64,000 nt of DNA from assembly GCA_951406725.2 (NCBI GenBank), contig OX597818.1:21452001-21516000 (forward strand), in the 5' to 3' direction. Positions 13,071 to 27,347 of this stretch are shown here, piece after piece. Positions within the stretch are counted from its first letter, which is position 1. Every line of letters begins with the position of its first letter. Made by a program: the position numbers and the translations under genes. The stretch is from Octopus vulgaris. Its lineage: Eukaryota. Under the pieces are notes generated by a model. The model searched no databases. It was given only the letters and a program-made list of their open reading frames with translations, and was not told the origin of the DNA.

Positions 13071-15184
13071 ATAGCTAGAAAACTGACCAAAAAAACTTCA
13101 ACTTTACTTCACAAGCCTGATAAGTTATATTGATTTTCTTTAATAAGCAAAGGGTCACTGGGGAGGAAGGGTTAACAACTAACCAGTTGTTCTTGATTGT
13201 GAACAATGGAAATGGTAGCACAAACAGGAAGGATACTGCTGTAAAACTTCTAATCAATTTCATGAATAAGAAATATAGGAATTACAAAGAGTTGTTGAAT
13301 AACTGTGGTTAGCTCTAAGCTTTTTTGTCATTACTGAGATTACATTAGGCAGTTAAAAAAAATCCCCCCAAACTACTGTATTTGATGGTGTACAAGATGC
13401 ACTGGCACATTAGATGTACCCCAAGTTCAGCAATGCATGATCAGAAGATAAAGATTATAGTGAGTTAAAGCTTTTGCATATAGGATCTGGCTGGGGTTAA
13501 TTTTTTCTGAGACATTTTTTTAAAACAGAAAGCACATCATACATGCCACTGAAAACAGTACATTTGTTCAAGTGGTCTCCATTCTAAATAGGTAACTTTG
13601 TTGTGGGAGCTTTAGAGACTAAATTAGAATATGGCACTATTACATAGAAGCTACTTTATTGGATTGGGTGCTTCTAATTTTAAAGATTTGGACATTATAC
13701 TGAGTAAGTTGTCAATCCCATCCTCAACTACGATCAAGTTGATCCATGATGAAAGGTATTCTAAGACTATATTACTGTTGTTGTTATTGCTCAGCCTCAA
13801 GTCAGTTCTAATACAGCAGAGCTATGAAACTGTACCAGAAAACTATATTATTTAATGTGTCCGTCCTGTTTAAGATGGTAGGGCGTGAGCAGAGAAAGAT
13901 TTAACTTCTATTTTTAGCAGGCTGAATTACCATCTGGAAGCTTCCTTGTTGACTTGTACTGAGTTTCTTAATTAGCTCTTGGTTTCCATTTTAGAGTAGT
14001 AAAGAGTTTTTGTATAGGTCAAAGGACGTTGAGTGATTATACAGAAGCTCCTGCATTGGTTTGACTGATCAGAGAAGTTGTTACAGGTGACTTCTAACAT
14101 CAATGTAATGTTTTCAGAATGACATTTTATTCAGAATAGTGTTAGGGGAATTAGTCATAATCAAATTATCTTTAATATTAAAAGTGAATGAAGTACATTG
14201 TGTTAATGCCAAATTACATAATGCTATTTCATGTGTCATTTAAAGAGGTTGACGCCTTCTTCTGCTTGCCATTAAAAAACAATGAGCTCATTATACTTAG
14301 GCATGCCAACATTGCCTAAAGTTGAAAGATTTGATTGTGTGTGTGATCTTCTGGTTTTATTTGTAAAATCTCTAACAAATAAAGAGTTGATTTCCAACTG
14401 AGAAGAATCTTTCAATGTATTTTAGGCAGCATCAACAAGATAGTCATGTATATATGTAGATGCACACATATGTGAGTGTGAATACGAATGCATAGCATGT
14501 GTATAAATGCATATGTTTTACATACATATATATATATAAATTTATATACATATTTAGTGTATGTGTATGAATATGGTTGTCTATATGTAGAAAGGAATAG
14601 AAACAAGAAAATACATAGATACATACTCAAATATATATCACCATTGCATGTTCATTAGAGGTTTTCAATGTGATATGTTTATATTTTCAGATGGTTAACT
14701 ACATCAGTTGTTGACTGGTCGATACACTAACAAGTGCTACCATTAATCCCCATCCATGTCCATACCAGTAATGGTGGTGTTGACATGGAGGATAACTCAA
14801 ACCCTGACTGAATATTATCGAGTCCAGGCAGCTTTAACTGGCCTTAATGCTTTTGGCCTTTGGCTATGGAACAGATAGTAGCTTCTATTTTGCAGTGAGT
14901 TGGCAACTGAGGGGAAGTAATGGGTTCAATTATTTAGGGCAACCTCAGAGGAGGCTGACTAAACATGCAAAGTGCAAGCTGAAGCAGTTACAGTTACATA
15001 TCAAATTTTATCATCGTACAATGATTGTTCAGACAGGGCTAGAAAGGATGAATAGGAAATCTAACTTTGTTGAGATTTGAATGAGATAACAAATAATAAA
15101 ATTATTTTCTGCACCGCAGAGCTCTTTACATCCAACTCTTACACTGCCAAGCTTTGTATTGTTTATTTACCTCTGCTCCATAAG

Positions 15185-15865
15185 CCTACTTACTGCCTCT
15201 CACTACACTAAACTTTATATGACTGCTTCATTTCAGAGAGTATCCATTATTTCACTACACATGCACTTGACAGCTGCCACATTTTAAACAAGAACCCTTC
15301 ACCACATAACACTGCCTCATGATACCTTTCAATGAATTGAAGCCCATCACTTCAGTACACTTACAAAAAAAAATGACTTCATTTCAGAGAGAGCTCTTTG
15401 CTTCCTCATGATTGGTTTATTTCAAATAAAGCCATTCACTTTACTACACTTACAGAGGTCAGTTTTACTTCAGACAGAGCCCTCCACTTCACCACACTTT
15501 CATGTAACTGCTTCAATTAAGACAGAGCCCTTCATTTCCCTTCACTTAAAGGTGATTGCTTCATGTCACAGATCTTCCCTTCATTATACATCAACATAAA
15601 TGCTTCCTTTCAAACAGAGCTCAAAACTTCCACATCACTACTTTACTTCAGACAGAGCCCTACACTTCTCATTTTAGACAGAGCCTTACACTTATCTGCA
15701 CTTTGACATGACTGCATCATTTCAGTCAGATCCCTCCACTCCATAACACTTCTAGATAGAGCCCTACACTTCCTTATAGCTTGTTCAATTCATGTAAAGC
15801 CCAACACTTTTATATGACTACTTAGTTTCAGTCAGATCCCTTCACAGAACTGCTTTGTTTCAATA
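15185..15865. repeat. Diverged minisatellite, unit about 35-48 bp
   Basis: Consensus tgactgcttcatttcagacagagcccttcacttcactacacttaca recurs roughly 15 times with heavy divergence. Confidence 0.75.
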
Positions 15866-16233
15866 AATTGAAGTAAACCTCAAAATTAAAACACAATGAG
15901 GTCTGAAGAATGACCAACCTTAATATTTCGTATAGCATTTTTCCAGAGCATTTTTTACAATAATAACACCAATGCTAGCAACAACTTTGATGATATTCCT
16001 ACTTCCATTTTGGTAAAACTGACCTCTGGTACCAAAATGGAAGTAGGAATATCATCAAAGTTTTTGCTAGCATTGGTGTTATTATTGTAAAAAATGCTCT
16101 GGAAAAATGCTATACGAAATATTAAGGTTGGTCATTCTTCAGACCTCATTGTGTTTTAATTTTGAGGTTTACTTCAATTTATTGAAACAAAGCAGTTCTG
16201 TGAAGGGATCTGACTGAAACTAAGTAGTCATAT
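15812..16233. repeat. 204-bp near-perfect inverted repeat with 14-nt spacer
   Basis: 15812-16015 is the reverse complement of 16030-16233; I see one mismatch. Confidence 0.95.
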
Positions 16234-17639
16234 CTGTCTGAAGTAAAACTGACCTCTGTAAGTGTAGTAAAGTGAATGGCTTTATTTGAAATAAACCAAT
16301 CATGAGGAAGCAAAGAGCTCTCTCTGAAATGAAGATAATGTTGTCCTGGGTTCTTTGTACATAGGTAAAAAATGGGATGGTTACAGATGGAATGCTTTTG
16401 ATCCTAGGTCTGCTTAACCAGGGTTGAATAGGGACCCAACAACGACATGATTAGGGTGCCAATGAGAGAGTGTCAATGTGTCTGCAAAAAATAGTAACCA
16501 AATTTGCTCAAATCACATTCTACCATTTTAATAAAAGGACACATTGGCCAATGTAGTTCTAATGTAATACAACATGGTCACAGCTGGAATATCTTTGATT
16601 ACTGACCTGCTCTGTCAACATTGACCAGAGGCTAAGTGATGTGTCATCTTTAAAATAATTCAAATTCACCATGGTCTATGTAGGACCTCTTGGATTGGAA
16701 AGATTAAAGAAGTAGAGGCTCAACTTAAGATCCTGTCACCAACACTCACTTGTTTCCAAGTAAAGTAATATTTTCCAATAATGAAACGTCTTCACAGAAG
16801 ATCGGAAATGAAGGACATTGTTTGCATGACAGTGGCTCTAATTTACAACTATTCTGTGGCTTCAAGTTAAGGAGACAGTAACACATACACATGTATATAC
16901 AATGGGCTTCTTTCAGTTTCCATCTAGCAAATTCACTCACAAAGCTTTGGATAGCCAAGGGCTACACTAGAAAACACTTACCCAAGGTGTCATGCAGTGA
17001 GACTGAACTTGAAACCATGTGGCTGGGAAGCCAAACTTTTTACTATACAGCCATGCTTGTTTAATTAATGATGAGTTGTCTAAAGTACAAGTGTGCAAAT
17101 TAAACTATCCATTATGGTGGTAGCCTAATTTATGACTGCTTCATAAATCTGTTAAATATTCTCCTGATTGGAGAAGGAAACCTGATATATCTTCTCTGAG
17201 GAGAGACCCCCCCTTTCTTTTTTCCACACATTAAAAGCATAGAAGGAGCATGTTTATATTCTCATATTTCTCTCACAGCCAAATTTTCTAATAATTAAAT
17301 TGTATATATCCACTCACAAGTTTTTTATTTACTTTTTACAGACCTCTTTTCTTGCGTGTGATTGCATGTCTGTGTGTGTGTGATACTTTTGTCTCAGTGT
17401 TAATATGTCTGGTAACTGAACTGTGTTTGTATGCATATTGTATGAACCCATGTGTAAATAACACAGGGCACAGCCATTACTATGTGTTTTTATTTTGTCA
17501 TACATTACAAACTCGTGATGTCATACATTGTGTGCACAGCTTAATGTAAAGTCACTCATTACATTTCCCTTCTTTATAAACATTGCAAGAGGTATTACTG
17601 TAGTTAATATACATACAAAATCCAAGTCCTGGCAATATT

Positions 17640-20290
17640 TGGAACCCAAATTATCAACTGATTTGAAAACTCCAGACTTCCATGACCAGTTTTCTTGAAT
17701 CCTGGCTTGCTGTCCAGGAGTCAAAGGAGGTAACTCTCTACTACCTCTGTCGTAGTAGTAATTTTGTTGTGCTTGACATGCTTTCAGCTGATCATGTAGT
17801 TGTTTCTGGTCCTGTACCTGAGGTTTCAGCAAGGCATTGGACACAGGTAAGTGGCTCTTCAGGTGCCTGCTCATTAGCATTTGAGCTGGTGATAGATCGA
17901 CCATATCAACTGGTATATTTTTGTACCCCAGTAGAGCTAAGTAGACATCTTGGCCACTAGCTTCTGTTTTCTCGAGCAGATTCCTTACTGTCTGAACTTT
18001 ACACTTAGCTTGTCCGTTTGATTGTGAGCATGTCAGACTTGATGTTGTGTGTTTGAAGTTCTATTCTAAACCAAAGTTATGGAACACTGTACTTGTAAAC
18101 TGCAGTCTGTTATCTGTCATGAGCTCATCTGGGATGCTATGTTTAGCAAAGACAGATTGCATTGCTGTGATTGTTGTTTTACTTGTTAGGTCAGACAATT
18201 TCACAATTTCAGGGTACTTTGAGAAATAGTCCACATATGCCAGGTAGTCATTGTTCTTGTACACAAGCAAGCCGGCTCCAACTTTGGCCCATGGCTCTTC
18301 AATGGCTGTTTGGATTACTCTTTCTGTTCTTACTGCACACAGAACATCGTGATACAGTCTTCAATTTGTACAGTGATTGCTAGCCAGAAGATATTATCTT
18401 TGGTTCTGAGTATGCACTTTGTCACTCCAAAATGAGCATCATAAATTCTGTTCAACATTTCTCTTTGTAGTGGTGCAGGAACTACAACCTTGTCAGCTTT
18501 GAAGATAAAGTCATCAACAACAGTCAGTTCATCTCGAATATTCCAAAAGTCTCTCAAACTTGCTGGAACATCATTTCTGTTTTCTGGCCATCCACACAGA
18601 ATTACTGATTTCAGCTGTTGGAGTTGTGGGTATTTTGCTCGACTTTCCTGAGGTCATCGGCAGTAATGATATTAGGTCTGCATCATACTTGGTTTCATCA
18701 AACCAATCATTACTGACTTGAAGATATGCCCAGCTCAAGGCATCTGCAACAATCAGTTCTTTGCCGGGTCTGTAGCTAACTTGAAAATCATACTTCTGTA
18801 GATGCAGCAACATTCTCTGCAACCTCTGAAGAGCTCTACACAAAGGTTTCTGAAATATGATTTCAAGGGGCTTGTGATTAGTTCCTACTTGAACTTTTCC
18901 TGTAGATGCACTGATGAAACTTCTCACATCCATGTAGGATACCAAGTATCTCTTTCTTAATCTGTGCACACTTCTTTTGTGCATTTATCAGTGACCTCAA
19001 AGCGAATGCTACAAGCTTGTCAGCTTGTATCAACACTGCTCCTAACCATTTGGAGCTTGCATCCACTGATAACGTTATTGGCTTTGTAACATCAAAGTAC
19101 TGTAGTACTGGAGTCTCTGCCACTCTTTGTTTCAAATTCTTGAAACATGTTTGCTGCCTTTCTTCCCAGTGCCATGCAACGTCCTTTGGCAATAACTCTT
19201 GTAGAGTTGCAGTTTCACTGAACTTTCCCACATACTGTATCTGTTTTGTTTTCAGACTCTGGAATTTCTCAGATAGCTTTCACCATTTCAGGATCTGGCT
19301 TCAGTCCCATGTCAGTGAGAAGATGCCCTACATATGTGACTTCTGTCATTCTCAGCTTGCATTTCCTTGCATTCAGTTTCAGGCAACTTGACTGTATTCT
19401 GTCCAGAACAGCATGCAGTCTTTCATCATGTTGCTTGACATTTGTACCTCATACCAAAATGTTATCAACAATACATTCTGTGCCTGATAAACCTTCAAGG
19501 ATCTGTGATATTGTTCTCTGAAATACTTCCAGTGCCATCTTCACTCTGAAAAGTAGTCGAGTGAATTGGTATCTACCGAACAGAGTACTGAAGGTACATC
19601 AGGTTGCATCTACCAAAATCCAAACTCTGCATCAAGAACAGGGAACAGCTTGGTACCTGGCATTTGTGACATAATTTCCTCAACAGTTCTCATGGGATAA
19701 TGTTCTCTTTTTATGGCATGATTAAGATCTTTTGGGTCTATACAGATCCTCGTCTTGTTTGGTTTCACTACCATGCTATTAACCCAGTTTGTGGGTTGAA
19801 TGTCTCTGAGACAACTCCAAGCTTGGTTATTTGATTAAGTTCTGCTAGCACCTTGTCCATCAAAGCAGCACCCACTTTTCGCAGCAGGTGTACTACGGGT
19901 GTGATTTTGTCCACTAATTCTATGTGATGTTCTCCTGGCATGCATCCGAGTCCTTGGAACAGCTCTGGATATTCTTCCATGTCTGTATTCACTTTCTGAA
20001 TGTTTTGAACTTGCTGTACCAACTTCAATTTCTCACAAGTTTTTCTTCCACAACCTAGAATAGCACTTCATCTGAAGTGCCACTGATTTCACTTAATACT
20101 GGTAGTGCTAGCTGTCCAAGTGGGAATCACTTTTCTTCGAAGTATGACACAAGTTTCACCTTTTGATCTTGACAGTTCCTTATTCTTCAAATTCAAACTT
20201 TGAACATTTATTTGGAAATATTGCACAATGCACCTGTATCCAGTTTGATTTTCACTGGTTCCTTGTTGATTAATAAAGTCTCATACCTGG
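17640..20290 (-). mobile_element. Decayed Ty3/Gypsy LTR-retrotransposon pol (protease-RT-RNaseH-integrase)
   Basis: KIKLDTGA protease motif (~20240); YPELFQGLG; VLQYFDVTKPITLSVDASSKWLGAVL; TNHKPLE...RLQRMLLHLQKYDF; HFGVTKC zinc-binding region; VDYFSKYPE...SPAQMLMSR. Many frameshifts and stops; no LTR pair recognised. Confidence 0.9.
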
Positions 20291-20477
20291 AACTATGTGG
20301 TTGGAAAGCAACCACACAGCTATGCCTATATATATATATATATATATATATATCATATGTGTGTGTGTACATGTATATCTATCTATCTATAATATGTTAT
20401 TGCAAGATAGAATAATTTTCAGGTTCACCAGGAAGTACTTATCCACTTAATTATCTATCTATTTTATATATATGTAA

Positions 20478-20645
<168 letters not shown>

Positions 20646-21955
20646 CAATGTCTGCTTCAGAACTACTGTATCTCAATAATGAACTCAGCATATTCTTGAA
20701 CAATTCAAAGATTTTTATTTCTGTTCAAGAGGAAATGGAAGTGCAAAGTCAGAATATTATTTTTGCATCCATCTCTCATACATATAAATCAATATATTTC
20801 ACAACATGTTTCCATATGGAACAGCATCATCATGAAACAGTGACTTGCGTCAGGTCAATAACAAAGTCATATAAACATTGATGTTAAATATTCAAGACTG
20901 TAGCTGTTTCTAGCCTGCAGCTTTCACCATCAACTACATTACACCACCACCACCACCTTCTGTTTCTTTTGCTTTTACTTCACCAAAACACGCAATTTCA
21001 GTTAACAGAATGAAGAACAAAATGCTTTGATCATTTGTAAGCTAGCAATGATGGTAGAGATAAAATAGAAAATAACATTGTACGCACACATATACATACT
21101 CACACACACACACACAAGCACCTGCAGCTATATACATAAGCACATGTACAAACATGTGTACATACATAGATACACACATGCATACATGCATGCATGCACA
21201 CACATATGTAACATTTCATGAGCTTTGTGTGTTATAGAATATGATTTCTATACTCCATAGTCTCATACAATTCTGATTCTGGTGTCGTGACTATAATCAT
21301 TGTGTGTGTGTGTGTGTGTGTGTGCATGTGTGCATGTGCATATACGAGTGTAAGGTATAAAGAAATAAAATCACAGTTCATAGAGAAGTAACTAAACCAT
21401 ATTTTGGTCGGTGAAATTCTTGTCTATGAAACTGAATTACTTTTTTTTTTTTATTTCTATAAACAGATGGTTACAACTCGCTGTCACACAAAACATGAAA
21501 TGGAAAAAGAAAAATACTCATAAATATAATATAATACTTAAAGAGAAATAGCTCTTTCATTATTTATATTATATGCCTCTGAACATTTTATAGCTATAAT
21601 TGTAGTCAAAGTAAATGACATCTAATATATGCATACATTGACATAACTACTGTGCAATCAACAGGATTACATCAATATGGTTTACCTCAAAGTTTTGGTG
21701 ATGATATGGATTAACTTAGTGACTTCTATTATCCAGATCAGTTCCAAACTAATACAGGCTATTATTTAGTTTAATGTTATTGCTAGCATTATTGATCTTG
21801 GAGTCGATAAAATAAAGTAATAATTAAATATCAGGATTGATTTAATTAACTATACCCATCACTTAAATTTGTGGCCTTGTACCACTGTTACATTCATGAT
21901 TAGCCCATAACATGTCAGGTTACTAGATTGCCAAAATTTTGTTAGCCCCTTTTAA

Positions 21956-22164
21956 TCCCTTGCAGATGAGAAGTGGTACATTGAATCACTGTGTCTGAGC
22001 AGTGCGATGTCTCGCTCTGTGTGGCATTGTGTTTTCAAATATATCACAGTGAAAAGAATTTGTAAATACTGTAAAATTCCTTGTATGAAAAATTATGTAG
22101 CTACTGAATAGCCTAATACCAGTACACAGTAAAGACAGCCAATACTAAATCTGTCCCCAAGGGG
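21956..22164. mobile_element. Putative piggyBac-type MITE
   Basis: TTAA on both sides; termini tcccttgcaga / tccccaagggg are imperfect inverted repeats. Confidence 0.45.
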
Positions 22165-22574
22165 TTAAAACAGTAAAGTTCACAAGCTTAAAAGTAAGCA
22201 TCTATGTGTCAATTGGGTTGCTGGAACTAGCAAACAATTCCTCCAAATTGCACCCTAGTATTTTTATAAAAAAAAAGGACATATGAGCAAATGTGGTCCT
22301 AGACTTAACTGCAAAAGCCACAATAATCACAACTGAAATGCCAGTGATTGTTGGAGGTTTGCTCGATCAGTGTTGACCTGGTGGCAAAAATACCAATTAC
22401 ACTAGAGATGCTCAATGTTTTGAGCACTTTTCTCAATGGTTTCATTTCTCCATGCTACACAGAACTTTCAGCATTTGTTTACATATCTCTTAATGCTTTC
22501 ATTTTATGTCTCATTACTCTGTTCACATGCCTTTAAAATTCAGCTATCCTGCTACTTAAGTAGCCTATCTTTCA

Positions 22575-22612
<38 letters not shown>

Positions 22613-22949
22613 TCTCTCCTTCCTTCACACATCTCTGAATCTATTTATTGGAACTTCCTCAATGATTCTTGTAGTTATTTTGTTTGTTATTGAGACAAGC
22701 CATATCAATAATCCATATTTTCTTGGCAGAGTATTTTATTTCTTCTAAAATTAAATCTTTGATTTTTGATATATGATATTTGAAATCTCAATAGAACTAG
22801 TTCTTGAAGTGTTCTGCCTTTCTATTTTTTTTTAATATATATATCATGCTAAACTACTAATATTCTTAACTTTGCCCAAGCTAATGTAAGTATCAATCAG
22901 TGCACTACTTATATTGTTTTTGTTTTTTTTAAATACAATCGTCTTAAGT

Positions 22950-23035
22950 TCTTTACAACCAGACAGAAAATGACAAGCAGTTTCTCTTTCATCCAAGCAT
23001 CTCTTTCTACTTCCATCATTCCTAACATTTTCCAT
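22950..23035 (-). mobile_element. R4/Dong-like non-LTR C-terminal zinc-knuckle fragment
   Basis: RKRCLDERETACHFLSGCKEL resembles the CR.C...ET..H..SGC..L CCHC motif. Confidence 0.4.
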
Positions 23036-26000
23036 CTTTTATCTTTTACTAGTTTCAGTCATTGGACTGTAGCTATGCTAGGGCACTGCTTTTAAGGGTT
23101 TTAATCAAACAGATCAACCCCAGTACTTATTTATTTATTTTTAGTCTGGTACTTATTTTATCACTCGCTTTTGGCAAACTGCTAAGTTATGTGGATGTAA
23201 ACAAGCCAATACTAGTTGTCAAGTAGTAGCAGCAAGACAAACATAGACACAAAGATAAACATGCATACATATAATGTCGGGATTTGGCCACAAACTCCAA
23301 AGAAAGTATTTTGTATTCTAATTGAGATCTTAACAACATTTAGAAAGCAAATATTTAAAAGCATTCAATGATCAACCAGAAACACACAGGCAATAATTTT
23401 GGTTCCCTGGCCATTAAGTCACACATATTCACTTGTTGACATAATGTTTCTTTTTTTTTTTAAATCTCAAAATATCAAATATATATATAAATGTAAATAT
23501 TTAATGTTTGTTTTAATTTTTTCTAAAGATTTTTACGTCACTTTTACCATCCAACCCTTCCCTCTCTTCTGCAATTACTCTTAAGCATTTCCAGCATTTA
23601 TAAGTATTTTCAAATTGAGCAAACCCAATAATATAGTCCCCCAACTCCACCTTGCTTCCATATCCCCTCCTACACTCTACAGCCCTTGGAGGGGTCTACC
23701 ATACAAACTGAACTGACAAGTGTGCTGTTCTTCAAGGACAGTTAATACAAAACAACAGAGTCAGGTTGACTGGTTGATTTGAAGCTATCAGAAGAATTGT
23801 GAACCAAATTTAGAATTTCTAAATCAATGGCATATGTTTATTTAATGAAAGTTCACAAGCAATCTGAAATTTATTTGACAGCTTATGCAAATCTACAAAT
23901 GCTGAAAGGGCTTTTATTATTATTGTTGTTGTTGTTTTGGATGGCAAAATTGTTAGAAACAGAATGCTTTGCAGTATTTAGCCACATTGTTCTACATTCT
24001 GAGTTCAGGTCCTACCAAAATGAATTTTATTTTTCATCTTTTGACTTTGATAAAATGAAATAGTTAAGTTCTAGGGCTGATATAAGCCACTGCTGAATTT
24101 ACAGCATTTACTGATTAAAAAAAACAAAAAAACTTTCTTCATTTATTTCTTTTTAAACCTTTCTTTCCTGAATCATTTGTATCAATGAAATGAAAAGATT
24201 CTAGTGGGAATTGAAACCAAGACACATACAACTCACTAGATGAAAGCTAAACATTATGGCTGTTTTTAGACTATATAATACTGATTTCTTATGAGTGTAC
24301 AAGACTAATTTTCATAGAAGAGCAGTTTATAGTTGATTGAATTACTTCCCTAATATATTAGTTCATTGACTGATATCAGATGGATGATTAGCAAACTTAG
24401 CTCTTGTGAAATTTGAACTTAGAAACCAGAGGGACAAAACTCAATATAACAATGCATTCAGAGTGATGCTTTACTGTCTTAATCTTTAACATCTTTTAAT
24501 ATATATTTCAGAGGTGAGGTAGCAGAGTGGATAAAATATAAAACTATCCATTCATAGGTTATGAATGCAAATCTACTTTAGAAATTCCATTGTATTTCTA
24601 CATAGAACCCTTAATTTTATATTGCCTCAGTTCACCTAGATGTTGAAATATGTACAAGGTCACAAGAGCATATTACCTATTGTAATAGACCAGCACAAAT
24701 GGGGTGGGGTGAAAAGTATGAGATTTACCACTTGGCCACCTGAAGCTAATAACTAGATCCTAAAAGACCTCCTTCTTTTCCAGTTCTTGGAAGTCTTGCA
24801 TTTATAAATTATATGATCCAGGGGATCCAAGCATAGGAAGTTGGTAAGTAGTGAGTGAGGTATAGAGAACAAATAGCAGACAGTATACAATAAGATACAA
24901 TAACAATTAATTGGAATATCATGAGCTTTGCCTAGCTAAGAAACATATGTAGCATGCATTTTACCTATTCTACCTCTCTCTCTCTATATATACACACACA
25001 CACACACACACACAAGAATTCCTTAAAAACAGTCCCAACCACTGCTATAATCCACAACGAGCCACTTTTAGGTTATTCGACCATTTAACATCCTACTACT
25101 ATCATAACATCCAGCATTCTCTTATTATTCTCTCTTCTTCTCTTTCTCCTTCTTCCTCTCTGCCACCTCCTTCCTTACTTTACTACTATTGCTGTTTAGA
25201 ATAACACCCATGCAAATATTATAAACAATATATTCAAAAGAGATGTCTCAAGAATTCATTCATTACTATTATCCACAACAAGTCGTTTTCAGGGCACTTG
25301 ACCATTTACCATCCTACTACTATCATAGCACTCCTGCATTATTCTTCTTCTTCTGTGCCAAAAATTCACAATGACCTCAAACCCACAGGAGTAAACAAGA
25401 GAGACAGGCAGAAACAAGAAAAATGCCCTTTGTATTTGAATACTATGCAAATATTCTTTTAAAAAACTTTTCATTTAATTTTTCCAAAATTTAATTGTTT
25501 TCCATACTTACAATTGAAAAAAGTCTCAATGACCGAAACCGAAACTGAAATGTTTTTTATTAAATTATTTTAGCATTTTCTACCTCGAGTCTATACCCTG
25601 TATATATATATATATATATATATATAGCGGACGTTAAACGATGATGATGATGATAACACACACACAAGAAACTAGAATTTTGCAATATTATTTTATTCAC
25701 TTTGTTTTACATGTTTACACTTTTATCACCTGCAGAGAATTCTCAGCTTGAAAGAAAGGGAACAAATCCAAAAGATAAATAATCACTACTATACTGTTGA
25801 CAAATTTTCTTGACTGGAGGCATCATTAAAGTGAAAATGTGAAAACAAATTTCTACAGATGGTGTCAGAAAGGCAGTATTGTATTCCCAAAGAGAAGAAG
25901 AATTCAATAGAGTTAGATGACATGTCTTTAATGGAGCAAATATGGATCTAGTTTGCTTGGCTGCCAGCGTTTCAGAAATTAAAGTTTATCAAAAATTTTA

Positions 26001-26957
26001 GAATTTGGCACATTAATGTACCTTTCCAAGCTAAATTGCTGGAGTTATTCAACTTCTTCCACAAAAATGTTTTTAAAAAGTGTAACTTTTTAAAGTTTGA
26101 TCATTTTCATCCAGTCAAGAAACACAATTTTAAAGCTGTCATTTTGTGTGTCAACATCCTGAAAATAGCACTTGTGTTTTTTTTATATGAAACCACAGAA
26201 TTACACATGACATATAACTCCTCATAACTTTTTTATTTTTCGGAGTTTTCAGAAAATTTTCGCGAATTTGAATTCTACACACGGGACTTCATGCGATTAT
26301 GCAAAAAATTGTAGTGTAGTGTGATTTAAGGCCTATTTGGTTGCTATTTTTAGCACGCATGAAAACCATTTCAATGACTATGACAAAAATATTCAATTGA
26401 TAAACAAGTCTACGTTTTTTTAATACAAAGGTACGTCTCATGTGAGTAGTCAAATTGATAAAAGTGCATCCTTATTCTAGGTGTGCCTAGATATCAGTAA
26501 ATGCAGACTTAATTTCTAAAAATTCACTGTCACTCACAAAATGTTCCTATTGCCCACCATTTTCTAGAAATTCACCCGTTGCTCATCTGTAAGTTGAAAT
26601 TGCCCACTTTGGGAAGCTATGGTATAGAGTATATAGCATACCGAGTGAAGAAACGAAGAGAAAAGATTGTAGATTTTGCAAGCTGCATACAAGTAAACTA
26701 TTGAAGAGAGCAGTAACTCTGAATTAAAAAAGAAAAAGAGGATAGAGGGGGCTCTATAGTACCATTTCAGACAATCACTTGTGCTGATGATCTGATAAAA
26801 CACCCAGTAATAGGAAGGATATTCAGCCGTTAAAAAAACCATGCCAAAGTTGCTAGCAGACTACTTTAACCAATACCAGCATGGTAAAACAGGTATAAGA
26901 TAATGATGACAATTATCTGAGCAAGGCTCAGTGCATCTAAATATTCATTTTTCTATT

Positions 26958-27347
26958 GAGTGTTGGGCCTCACAGAGGTAATGTGGCCAATGCTGGTATT
27001 GCATAACTAGCACCCATATCAGTGGTATGTAAAAAGTACCTTTCGAGTGCTGGGCCTCAAGGAGGCAATGACAAATGACCATGACCTTTGGCAATATGCT
27101 GTGCTTGAGAAGAAGACTCATCAAGCCAAGTGAAATTGTGGCAGATACTGGTGTCATGCAAACTGGTACCCATGCTGGTGGCACGTAAAAGCACCCATTA
27201 CACTCTCAGAGTGGTTGGCATTAGGAAGGGCATCCAACCATAGAAACCATGCCAAATCAGACTGAAGGGTGCAGTCCCTCAGCTTACCAGCACTAGTCAA
27301 ACCGTCCAACCCATGCCAGCATGGGCAACGGAACACTAAGTGATGTC
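26958..27347 (+). mobile_element. 3' end of an older RTE subfamily, with reiterated ORF-end/3' UTR module
   Basis: Contains LGL.EAMTNDHDLWQYAVLEKK-like codons, ggtggcacgtaaaagcacc and the gttggcattaggaagggcatcc 3' UTR core shared with 38936-39080. Confidence 0.8.

Noticed and set aside
14691-15080. Relatively GC-rich unique-looking stretch after tttcag
   Set aside because: Early stops in all plus frames and no recognisable protein or RNA motif.
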